A stretch of DNA of 64,000 nt from a virus (Duplodnaviria > Caudoviricetes), in IMG/VR virus record IMGVR_UViG_3300034126_000020, positions 212,811-276,810 of that record. One strand, 5' to 3'. The notes under the pieces were generated by a model. That model saw only the letters and a program-made list of their open reading frames with translations, ran no database searches and was not told the DNA's origin. A program made the position numbers and the translations under genes. Of the stretch, positions 46,122 to 53,732 are shown in pieces (the stretch's first letter is position 1; every line of letters begins with the position of its first letter).

Positions 46122-46827
46122 AGAACAACTGAAGGAACTCCAGCGCAACCTCAAAGCACTGGGTTTCTACACTGGCATCATCGACGGTCTGTGGGGTGGT
46201 GCCTCTCACGGTGCTTTCCTGAACGCTCGCCGTAAGGCCGTGAACATGTCGAAGCCGTCTACGGCTGCCGATGGTATCAATGGCTTGCTGTTTGCCTACT
46301 GCAAGGCTCCTGCGTGGTCTGCCAAGGTCTCTGATGAGTTCCTGCGCAAGACCAACAAGATCGCGACTGATCTGGGTCTGCCGTGGGACGGTACCGATAC
46401 GCTGATGGCCTGCATGGCGTTCGAGAGCGGCTTCAGCCCCACCATCCAGAATGGTGCTGGTGCTCCGTACTACGGTCTCATCCAGTTCGGTGCTGCGGCG
46501 GCTAAGGACTCGGGCACCTCGATCCCTTCGCTGCTGAAGATGTCGGCCGAGCAACAACTCGACTACGTCTACAACTTCTTCAAGCCGTACACCGGCAAGC
46601 TGAAGACCCTCAGCGACATCTACATGCGCATCCTGCTCCCGACTGCTGTGGGTAAACCTGAAGACTACGTGCTGTTCAGTGAAGCGAACACCAAGTCCAA
46701 GGCGTACCTCCAGAACAAAGGCCTCGATGCCAACCGTGATGGTCTGATCACCAAAGCCGAAGCTGCGGCAAAGGTTGCTCAGAAGTACGTTGACGGCCTG
46801 CACCCGAACAACCTTCGGGTAGCGTAA
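46108..46827 (+). CDS. Modular endolysin (peptidoglycan-binding domain + lysozyme/SLT-like domain)
   Basis: LKELQRNLKALGFYTGIIDGLWG (PG_binding_1-like); MACMAFESGF...GLIQFG...QLDYV catalytic block; DANRDGLITKAE EF-hand-like loop. Confidence 0.85.
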   Translation: MAATKEQLKELQRNLKALGFYTGIIDGLWGGASHGAFLNARRKAVNMSKPSTAADGINGLLFAYCKAPAWSAKVSDEFLRKTNKIATDLGLPWDGTDTLMACMAFESGFSPTIQNGAGAPYYGLIQFGAAAAKDSGTSIPSLLKMSAEQQLDYVYNFFKPYTGKLKTLSDIYMRILLPTAVGKPEDYVLFSEANTKSKAYLQNKGLDANRDGLITKAEAAAKVAQKYVDGLHPNNLRVA

Positions 46828-46828
46828 C

Positions 46829-46876
46829 AAAGAAAAAAGAAAGACGTGAGAGGGAGCCCTAGGGCTCCCTCTTATG
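46829..46876. terminator. Bidirectional terminator
   Basis: AAAGAAAAAAGAAAG, then GAGAGGGAGCC-CTAG-GGCTCCCTCTT, ATG; lies between convergent genes. Confidence 0.75.
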
Positions 46877-46880
46877 CCGT

Positions 46881-47621
46881 TTAGCTGATCAACTCTTGCC
46901 AGCGCGCTTGAATGACTTCCCAGTAGAGGCCTGGTTCGATTCCGTCGTACGCCCCGATGGAGAAACCGTCGTTGAGTTCAACCAACGCAGTCTGTCCTGT
47001 GGAGAGTACACCGAAGTCAACCGCGTAACCGGCAGGAGCAGCACACTCCGTCAGGTCACGCACCGCATCGAGGATGATGCCACGGTTGGGTTTGATGTTC
47101 CGATCCCCGCCGTGGTCCGCAAAGCGAATGTCCAGCAAGCAACCGTTAGCCACGTAGCATCGCCACTCGCTGACGAACTCTACGACCTTACCCACCCACA
47201 CTGGCATTTTATCCGACGCTCCATTGAACCGAGGGTCCATGGAGTCACAGGTGACAAAGCCTGTGAAACGTTTCAGGGCGACGGGTTTGACAAAGTGCGA
47301 ACCGACATCGTCGATCAGGTTCTTTGCATCTCGCAAGGTGTCCATCTTTGCAACCTTTCGGTGCAGGTGATGGTGCAAGCATTCGGGGTAGGAATCCTCA
47401 GGAGGCAATTCCTTTCCGAACTGACGCAGTGCATGTTTGATGAAAGGGACGCTCCCCGCTACCAGATCAGTAGATGACAGTGGGATCTGGTTACGGGCCA
47501 TGTGTTTCTCGTAATAGATCTTCACTGGGATATCGTGGGCCTCAGCGTGTTTCATGAGGAGGCGTTCTTCGAGACCGATTTCGTTATGCCGGCACTCAAT
47601 CACTAGGCGTTCAGGCTTCAT
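46881..47621 (-). CDS. ATP-grasp protein (DUF4343/R2K-like)
   Basis: FVKP...KRFTG.V...V.F.SEWR.YV..G...YAVDFG.L..G..ALVE.NDG.SIG.Y. Confidence 0.8.
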   Translation of the reverse strand: MKPERLVIECRHNEIGLEERLLMKHAEAHDIPVKIYYEKHMARNQIPLSSTDLVAGSVPFIKHALRQFGKELPPEDSYPECLHHHLHRKVAKMDTLRDAKNLIDDVGSHFVKPVALKRFTGFVTCDSMDPRFNGASDKMPVWVGKVVEFVSEWRCYVANGCLLDIRFADHGGDRNIKPNRGIILDAVRDLTECAAPAGYAVDFGVLSTGQTALVELNDGFSIGAYDGIEPGLYWEVIQARWQELIS

Positions 47622-48087
47622 CCTTCACCTCAAACATTTCAAGGATGTCTTCCACGTGGTCGACCAACTCACCGAAGATGTTCATGAAATCGCTGAACAT
47701 CTCCTCTTCACATCGACCGTAGTCGTACATGGCTTGCATCAAGACGACTGGGATGTACCCTACCAGCATGCAGCGTTGGATCAACTGCAACATGTCATCG
47801 TGATACTTGTTGATGGTGGGGTCGATGTAAGAACATCCGTCAACGATGACGTAGGTCTCTTTGCCGGTGGTGAGGTCCCGACTCTCGATGTAGAGGAAGA
47901 AGAAGTCGCCTTCACCCCACAGGCAGACGAAGGGAGTTTCCCAGTCAGCGCCTTTGACTTGGAACTCTTCCAGACGGTTGACATACTCCCGACGAACTTC
48001 ATCGTCGGAGTAGGGAGCGATCGCCAATGAACTTACAGCAGAGGCAGCATCACGGACACTTGGAAAGACAGGTTTCTTGATCAACAT
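47611..48087 (-). CDS. Hypothetical protein
   Basis: 158 aa, AGGAG RBS. Confidence 0.7.
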   Translation of the reverse strand: MLIKKPVFPSVRDAASAVSSLAIAPYSDDEVRREYVNRLEEFQVKGADWETPFVCLWGEGDFFFLYIESRDLTTGKETYVIVDGCSYIDPTINKYHDDMLQLIQRCMLVGYIPVVLMQAMYDYGRCEEEMFSDFMNIFGELVDHVEDILEMFEVKDEA

Positions 48088-48106
48088 GGTGTAACTCCTA
48101 AATGGT

Positions 48107-48137
48107 GAAAAAGAAAAGAACCCGAAGGCTCTTTTCT
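48107..48137 (-). terminator. Rho-independent terminator
   Basis: Minus strand AGAAAAGAGCC-TTCG-GGTTCTTTTCT-TTTT. Confidence 0.7.
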
Positions 48138-48144
48138 GTGGGTG

Positions 48145-48378
48145 TTAATCGAACGGCCACGGTCCTTTCGAAGGAGGGATGTCGATGACCGTGATGTTTT
48201 CAGTGGGTTGTTTCTCCACCGCCTCGAAGTACTCCTGGGCAGCTTTCGCTTGCTCAGGGGTCGGAGGCGGGAAGAAGACTTCATCGATGATCTGGCTGAT
48301 CTCGCGGGCGTCGCGTTCGACACCCTTGTCGTCGATGAAGTAAGCTCGGGTAACGGGAGGACGGCATTTATTGCACAT
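48145..48378 (-). CDS. Small hypothetical protein
   Basis: 77 aa, TAAGGA RBS. Confidence 0.6.
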   Translation of the reverse strand: MCNKCRPPVTRAYFIDDKGVERDAREISQIIDEVFFPPPTPEQAKAAQEYFEAVEKQPTENITVIDIPPSKGPWPFD

Positions 48379-48388
48379 GGCGGTATCC

Positions 48389-48769
48389 TTAGTAGGTCAT
48401 TACTTCGAGGCCGTGCTTAGCGCCTTCTTCCCACGCGATGTCAGCCAACTTCATGGCCATCTCATCGCTGTTGAACGGGATGCCCACCAGCTTGTTGCCG
48501 ATGACTTCCTGTGGGAGCTTGTCGCAGACGTCCAACGCATAGAGCGCCTTCTTGGCATCCTTCGGAACACCTTCCACGTTCATGCGCTTGACGATCTCGC
48601 CAATGGCACGGGTGCGGAACGACAGGTCCGATTCACCATGGATCTTACGACCAAAGCTAGCAGCGATCTGCTGCATGCATTTGGACACGCCACCGTGCAG
48701 CTTGTCTTCCCAAGCAGTACGGACAGCGATTTGGATGCGGATCTGGTTTACGGTCAATACTTGAGACAT
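48389..48769 (-). CDS. Hypothetical protein
   Basis: 126 aa, AGGAG RBS. Confidence 0.7.
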   Translation of the reverse strand: MSQVLTVNQIRIQIAVRTAWEDKLHGGVSKCMQQIAASFGRKIHGESDLSFRTRAIGEIVKRMNVEGVPKDAKKALYALDVCDKLPQEVIGNKLVGIPFNSDEMAMKLADIAWEEGAKHGLEVMTY

Positions 48770-48795
48770 GGTTCTACTCCTGAGTAGCGGTTAGA

Positions 48796-49335
48796 TTAAC
48801 GGTCAGCAGCGGCTGCGGCAGCAGCAGTGGCTACACCGATGATTACAGTTGCAACACCCAGCGCGAACCACCCTTTCTTGGTGGTAGGCAGACGGATGGG
48901 TTCTACAGGCCGGCTGTAGGTTGGGGTGGACTTGATGCGGTGACCGCTGACAGCGAACTCTTCAGCAGTGTCCCAGTTCGATGCATGACGCACCGGCTGA
49001 GGTTGTGGAGCGTCGATGATCACCGTGTGGATGATGCTCGCAGGAGCACCCAGGGTGATTACTTCAGAACCCACTTTCACCGAAGTGATGTTCAGCAACA
49101 TCATTGCTGCAACCAGCATGACGTTTTCTTCATGGCTCAACTCGTCCACCGTGCTGGTGAACATGATGAGGCTCATGCTGTAGTTGTCACGGATGCGGTT
49201 CAGCTTGTAGCCATTGCCACAACGGGAGAAGCTGACGTCGCTACCGCTGTTGAACTCCACGGTCAGACCGCGGACTTTACCAATGCGGGACAGAGCGATG
49301 CAAGCGGCGGTAGGGTTGTAAGTGAAGACTTTCAT
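48796..49335 (-). CDS. Hypothetical protein with C-terminal membrane anchor
   Basis: 179 aa from ATG 49335; ends KKGWFALGVATVIIGVATAAAAAADR. Confidence 0.7.
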   Translation of the reverse strand: MKVFTYNPTAACIALSRIGKVRGLTVEFNSGSDVSFSRCGNGYKLNRIRDNYSMSLIMFTSTVDELSHEENVMLVAAMMLLNITSVKVGSEVITLGAPASIIHTVIIDAPQPQPVRHASNWDTAEEFAVSGHRIKSTPTYSRPVEPIRLPTTKKGWFALGVATVIIGVATAAAAAAADR

Positions 49336-49407
49336 GGTGTATCTCCTGTGATACTGGGTAGGTAATTGGATCATGTGAAGACTCTCATCAAGAGCCTTCA
49401 GACTGAT

Positions 49408-49521
49408 TCAACTATTCGGTGCTTGGGTTTCGAAGCACTTGCGGGCGACGTGTTCAATGGCTGCACGAGCAACCACTTTAACAGTTACAACGACAACGAG
49501 TGCAACGATGAAATTACGCAT
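49408..49521 (-). CDS. Micro-protein, 37 aa, hydrophobic
   Basis: Below the track cutoff. MRNFIVALVVVVTVKVVARAAIEHVARKCFETQAPNS; CCAGGAGTTTCACC before ATG. Confidence 0.65.
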   Translation of the reverse strand: MRNFIVALVVVVTVKVVARAAIEHVARKCFETQAPNS

Positions 49522-49566
49522 GGTGAAACTCCTGGGTTAGCTGGGGGTGTCGCCACCCCCGCTTGG

Positions 49567-49674
49567 TTAACGGTTACGGTTCAGCAGCTTCTGACGGAAC
49601 TTAGAAGTGCTGTAGACATCCACTGCCACCTTGATGGCGATGATGGTTACTACGCTGACCAGAATGTTCTTCAT
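49567..49674 (-). CDS. Micro-protein, 35 aa, hydrophobic
   Basis: Below the track cutoff. MKNILVSVVTIIAIKVAVDVYSTSKFRQKLLNRNR; TAAGGAG RBS overlapping the upstream stop. Confidence 0.65.
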   Translation of the reverse strand: MKNILVSVVTIIAIKVAVDVYSTSKFRQKLLNRNR

Positions 49675-49683
49675 GAACGCTCC

Positions 49684-50241
49684 TTACTTCTGCATTGCGG
49701 TGATGAAGTCCTTGAACTGCTCAACCGACAGGCTGCCGTTTGGCAGTTGGTCACGGTACTGAGTAGCCGAGTTGTGGACCACTACGAATGGACCATGACC
49801 CAGGGTGAAGCGTTCGAAGAACACAGCGGTACCGAACTCAGTACCGATCATGATCAAACGACGGCCACAGTCGGCAGTCGCTTTAGCCATGTTGCCATTT
49901 GCCAGGCCGACAGTCTGAGCACCGTTGAAGTAACCGGTGCCATTCTTCCAGCGTGGATCGAAATCCAGCAGGGTGTCGATGTTGGCATAGACGTGATCGA
50001 ACGAAGCTTCCAGCGGGCTGCGGTCACCAGGACCACGGCCAGACTTGGCTTTCAGGGAGTTGATCAGTTCGTTGTTCGCATTGATGCGAGACAGTTCAGC
50101 GGCATTCTTGGCAGTCGCTACGACTTCAGGAGTGATGGCCTTCTTGACGGTCATCTTCGAGATAGCGCGTTTTGCCAACCAGCCCAGACCTGCAACAGCA
50201 GCGGTACCGGCAACAGCAACAGCGATTTGTTTAGCTTCCAT
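49684..50241 (-). CDS. Hypothetical protein with N-terminal membrane anchor
   Basis: IAVAVAGTAAVAGLGWLAKR then a globular domain with W.NGTGY motif. Confidence 0.75.
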   Translation of the reverse strand: MEAKQIAVAVAGTAAVAGLGWLAKRAISKMTVKKAITPEVVATAKNAAELSRINANNELINSLKAKSGRGPGDRSPLEASFDHVYANIDTLLDFDPRWKNGTGYFNGAQTVGLANGNMAKATADCGRRLIMIGTEFGTAVFFERFTLGHGPFVVVHNSATQYRDQLPNGSLSVEQFKDFITAMQK

Positions 50242-50300
50242 GGTGTTTCTCCTACAAGGTTAGTATTGGTAGTTAGATTATTCTCCCTACTCACCACTAC

Positions 50301-50319
50301 AATGTATTGTTGAAATAAA
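50301..50319 (-). promoter_or_regulatory. Repeated 19-nt AT-rich putative promoter motif, copy 2
   Basis: TTTATTTCAACAATACATT, just after a terminator and 60 nt upstream of ATG 50241. Confidence 0.55.
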
Positions 50320-50337
50320 TTCGAATCGCATTTATAC

Positions 50338-50379
50338 AAAGAAAAAAGAAGCCTAGGGAATTACCCCTAGGCCTTTATG
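50338..50379 (-). terminator. Rho-independent terminator
   Basis: GCCTAGGG/CCCTAGGC stem followed on the minus strand by TTCTTTTTTCTTT. Confidence 0.75.
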
Positions 50380-51099
50380 TCACATCGCGAAGGATGCGAA
50401 CGTCTGTACGATCATGCTTTCGCCTTCGTTCAACGTGAAGGTCGAGCCACCCGCACCATGGGCACGGATGATGAGGTTACGACCACGTGCCAGCTTCACC
50501 ATGGCTTTACAGAACCCAGACGGGTCGCCTTGAGACAGACCCAGCGGGTACATGTCCAACAACGCCACCTGACCGTCTTCACAACGCAGCTTCACAGCAC
50601 CCAGACCGCATTTGAACATGAGAGGGATTACCTGCTCATGCAGTTCAACCAGAGCGTTGTGTTCTGGGGTGTCCTCATAGTCCTTGCTCATGCCCCAGCC
50701 GGCGAGGTTGCCTGGTTGTAGGTAGACGTTGATGTGGTTGTCATTGATGCCCAGCTCATCACACATCTGACCGACGGATACCAGCTTGTCACCTTTCCAG
50801 GCTTTCATCAGCGGGGCATCTTCATTGAAGCCCTCGATGAATTTCCCGTCCTTGTCATTGACGATCAGGCGGGTCAGGATCAGGTTAATGACTGGATCGA
50901 GTTTGTGATGGGTGGTGAACTGAGTACCTGGCGACAGGTAACCAATAAAGCGCACAGAGTGACCTTGCCATTCAAACTGCACATGTAGCGTGTACAGGGT
51001 CTGGCCGTAGTTAATACGAGGAAGTGACGGAGGCTGTTTCTTGAACGGTGGTTGGGCGACGAGGTCAACACGAGTGGTGATTGCTTCTGGCTTCTGCAT
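50380..51099 (-). CDS. Hypothetical protein
   Basis: 239 aa, AGGAG RBS. Confidence 0.7.
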   Translation of the reverse strand: MQKPEAITTRVDLVAQPPFKKQPPSLPRINYGQTLYTLHVQFEWQGHSVRFIGYLSPGTQFTTHHKLDPVINLILTRLIVNDKDGKFIEGFNEDAPLMKAWKGDKLVSVGQMCDELGINDNHINVYLQPGNLAGWGMSKDYEDTPEHNALVELHEQVIPLMFKCGLGAVKLRCEDGQVALLDMYPLGLSQGDPSGFCKAMVKLARGRNLIIRAHGAGGSTFTLNEGESMIVQTFASFAM

Positions 51100-51117
51100 G
51101 GTGATACTCCTGGGTGG

Positions 51118-51774
51118 TTATGCTGGGATGGTAAGGATGATGTTACCGATCGCGTGGTTGTAACTGTCAGTCCAACGATCGACAGTCTTGCGGTTAGAGG
51201 ACTTCACAGGGAAGACTTCAACTATGATGTCACCCTGCGCATCCGTATCAATGACACGGAACTCACTGTTGATGACATTGAGGCCAATGTGCCGCACCTC
51301 AAGTCGCCCATAGACAGCCCGTGGTGAGACGCCACGATGATCGACCACCGTTGACCCCAGTACCGCCTCCATCAAGCCGTAAGCATCGCTGAGGGCGTTG
51401 TGGGGGACTTTGGAGATGTGCTTGACACCAACGAGGGGGCGAACAAACAACATGTCGATCAGTACCGGGGCTTTTGCATCTTCGAACAGGCGTGCGAAGT
51501 GATTGGCATCGGAGTTGTTGTCGATCACCAGTGTTACAGCATCGAACTGGCAAAGGAACTTGACCAGAGATTCGAGCATCGCTTCCCGAGTGATCTGAGG
51601 TTTACCCAAGACCGGGATCACGTGTTGACGAGGCCAGTACTCCAGACGAACGTCCTCTGGAAGATGGACAGCCTCGTACCACCGATGTCCTTGGTTACTG
51701 ACCATTGCAGCAGACAGAAGCTTACCGCCTCCGCTGTTAGATTCAGTGTCGGTGTACAGATACGCGTGGGACAT
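51118..51774 (-). CDS. DEDDh 3'-5' exonuclease-like protein (Rv2179c/RNase AS-like)
   Basis: YTDTE...LLSAAMV...W..QHVIP.L...D..HF...HNALSDA. Confidence 0.75.
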   Translation of the reverse strand: MSHAYLYTDTESNSGGGKLLSAAMVSNQGHRWYEAVHLPEDVRLEYWPRQHVIPVLGKPQITREAMLESLVKFLCQFDAVTLVIDNNSDANHFARLFEDAKAPVLIDMLFVRPLVGVKHISKVPHNALSDAYGLMEAVLGSTVVDHRGVSPRAVYGRLEVRHIGLNVINSEFRVIDTDAQGDIIVEVFPVKSSNRKTVDRWTDSYNHAIGNIILTIPA

Positions 51775-51806
51775 TACAACTCCTGGTTAAATGACATAAA
51801 CACCCC

Positions 51807-51843
51807 TACACCCCATCACCCTCTTTTAGGGGATGGGGTGTAG
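51807..51843. terminator. Strong intergenic hairpin
   Basis: CTACACCCCATC/GATGGGGTGTAG perfect 12 bp plus inner CCCT/AGGG. Confidence 0.6.
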
Positions 51844-51844
51844 A

Positions 51845-52262
51845 CCAGCAACATGGCCGGTGACGAAAGGGTGTCGTTTAAGGGAGACAGCATTAACGCT
51901 CTCTATCGGGTTAGGGTGTTACGAAAGGCGAATCGGTTCGCTATGTCGTGCTGGCACGGGCATTGGAAAGACAGCGGAGTCTCTCAGCAGTCGCCTGACA
52001 AGGGAGAGCGCTGCTGGGTTTCTGACTTCTAATTCTTTCAAATGATCGTCATACGCTGAGTCGATAATCAGATCACTACTACGACGTTGTGGAGCTACGG
52101 TTACTACCATGATGGTTTTCCCATAGTGTCTATAGAGGAACGATTTTGGTGCGACGGCATAGCAGATAGTCAGGGGCGGTGGCTATTGCCGATCCGCGCG
52201 CCTGATCTATCTCCGGAGACTGGTACCTTCTCCTACATCATGTCCTAGGTTTGTATTTTTTT
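51845..52262 (+). ncRNA. Candidate structured non-coding RNA (unassigned family)
   Basis: No RBS-led ORF in ~600 nt of an otherwise densely coding genome; several helices (see findings). Boundaries and strand are estimates. Confidence 0.4.
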
Positions 52263-52387
52263 ACCATTGAGCAGGTTTCGCCCAACAGGACTGGCGTTAA
52301 CAATCATCGCAACGATCGTTGACACGTTAGTTATGTATGGTTGAGATTTCGTTGAGTAGAATTGAGAAACAGCATAAAACGGGAGCC

Positions 52388-52678
52388 CTAAGGCTCACCG
52401 TCTACAATGGGTACTGCACCGCAGATACGACGTAAGGCTGCACGACGTTCAGGCATGTCTTCAAAGATCTCTACCTTGAGCCTGCGTGCCCTGAGGCCGT
52501 CTCTCTTCAGCTCTAGCCGACTTATGAACGTGTGGGAGTCATTGCAGTAATCCAGATGAGGCGTGTGCAACGTACGACGCATCTCCTCAGCCGCTTGACG
52601 CATGGCTAACAGGACCTTGTCGATGTAGACGATCTCAGCATCAATGTGTGCCAACTCGTCTTTGACTGAACGGCTCAT
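52388..52678 (-). CDS. Hypothetical protein (coiled-coil-like)
   Basis: 96 aa from ATG 52678, TGATG-coupled to the upstream gene. Confidence 0.65.
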   Translation of the reverse strand: MSRSVKDELAHIDAEIVYIDKVLLAMRQAAEEMRRTLHTPHLDYCNDSHTFISRLELKRDGLRARRLKVEIFEDMPERRAALRRICGAVPIVDGEP

Positions 52679-52908
52679 CACCACCCCTCCATGTGCTTGA
52701 GTGTTTGAAGCAGTGCGAACACCACCGCACCACAGAAGACCAGGTTGACCACACTGGACACACCCAGCAGCTTGTAGTAACCACGCCGCCACTGGATCTT
52801 CTCTTCACTGATGCGCAACAGAACGAACCGCATAGCAAACAGCAGCAGGATCATGTACAGCACGATCCCTACCGCAGTACCCATGAACCACACACCGGAC
52901 ATGCTCAT
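52678..52908 (-). CDS. Small two-TM membrane protein 4
   Basis: 76 aa, two hydrophobic helices flanking a basic linker. Confidence 0.7.
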   Translation of the reverse strand: MSMSGVWFMGTAVGIVLYMILLLFAMRFVLLRISEEKIQWRRGYYKLLGVSSVVNLVFCGAVVFALLQTLKHMEGW

Positions 52909-53126
52909 GACTTGCTCCCCAGTTGATACAGGTCGTACGCGTACCGATCTGCCAACACTAGGAAGGTGATCAGGACAAAGATGCCCAGCACGATGCGGCA
53001 GCCTTGCAGAGCACCCACTTCATTCCACAGGTACGTGCTCTTGGCAAGCTTGCGCTCCAGTCTGCTGAGGTGACAGTACAGCATTATCGACATCACCATG
53101 ATAAACAACACCAGCCATGAATTCAT
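52905..53126 (-). CDS. Small two-TM membrane protein 3
   Basis: 73 aa from ATG 53126 (TGATG overlap). Confidence 0.7.
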   Translation of the reverse strand: MNSWLVLFIMVMSIMLYCHLSRLERKLAKSTYLWNEVGALQGCRIVLGIFVLITFLVLADRYAYDLYQLGSKS

Positions 53127-53338
53127 CACCACCACCCTACATTGACTATTCGGACATGCCGCATGAACAACCACGAGACGATGAACATCAACACCATGAA
53201 CTGGGCAAACCCAGACCACCAGACGATCCGCATGTGATCTCGGTAGCTCGTGTACTGGATCTTATCGTGGACCTGCACAGTCACGGCCATACTGAAGATC
53301 ACCAAGACACCCATGATGATCAATACAACGGAATTCAT
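53126..53338 (-). CDS. Small two-TM membrane protein 2
   Basis: 70 aa from ATG 53338 (ATGA overlap). Confidence 0.7.
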   Translation of the reverse strand: MNSVVLIIMGVLVIFSMAVTVQVHDKIQYTSYRDHMRIVWWSGFAQFMVLMFIVSWLFMRHVRIVNVGWW

Positions 53339-53547
53339 TGCACACCCCCGTGTAACAACGCCACTCCGATCTTTGCAATGAGCATGGTACACAGGAACAT
53401 TTGAAGGGTGGAGGCAAAGCAAGCCGCTCCTCGGATGGCTTCAATGTTCTTCTGTTTGACGTACCCATCTACCCACGCACTGCATCCCATACTGATGAGC
53501 AGTGCGATGAGCAGTAGGAAGTCAGCTACGATGTTGATGTTGATCAT
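53335..53547 (-). CDS. Small two-TM membrane protein 1
   Basis: 70 aa from ATG 53547 (GGGGA RBS). Confidence 0.7.
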   Translation of the reverse strand: MININIVADFLLLIALLISMGCSAWVDGYVKQKNIEAIRGAACFASTLQMFLCTMLIAKIGVALLHGGVQ

Positions 53548-53696
53548 CTTGGTCCCCAGTTCACTATAAAGCATAAGAGAAGTCGTCGCTTCGCTCCTCC
53601 GCTAGCGCATTGTCTTCGCTACACTCCGACAATGCTTTTTATAGCATTTCGAAATTACTCAGAGGATGAGACAACAACGGAATAAAATACAAACAG

Positions 53697-53723
53697 CATA
53701 ACGAGGGACCCGAAGGCCCCTCG
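53697..53723 (-). terminator. Terminator after the portal gene
   Basis: Minus strand CGAGGGGCC-TTCG-GGTCCCTCG then TTATGCTGTTTGTATTTT. Confidence 0.75.
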
Positions 53724-53732
53724 CTAATACCG

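Noticed and set aside
52149-52157. GTGCGACGG resembling a group II intron 5' end
   Set aside because: No domain V/VI or RT ORF follows, and it does not interrupt a gene.
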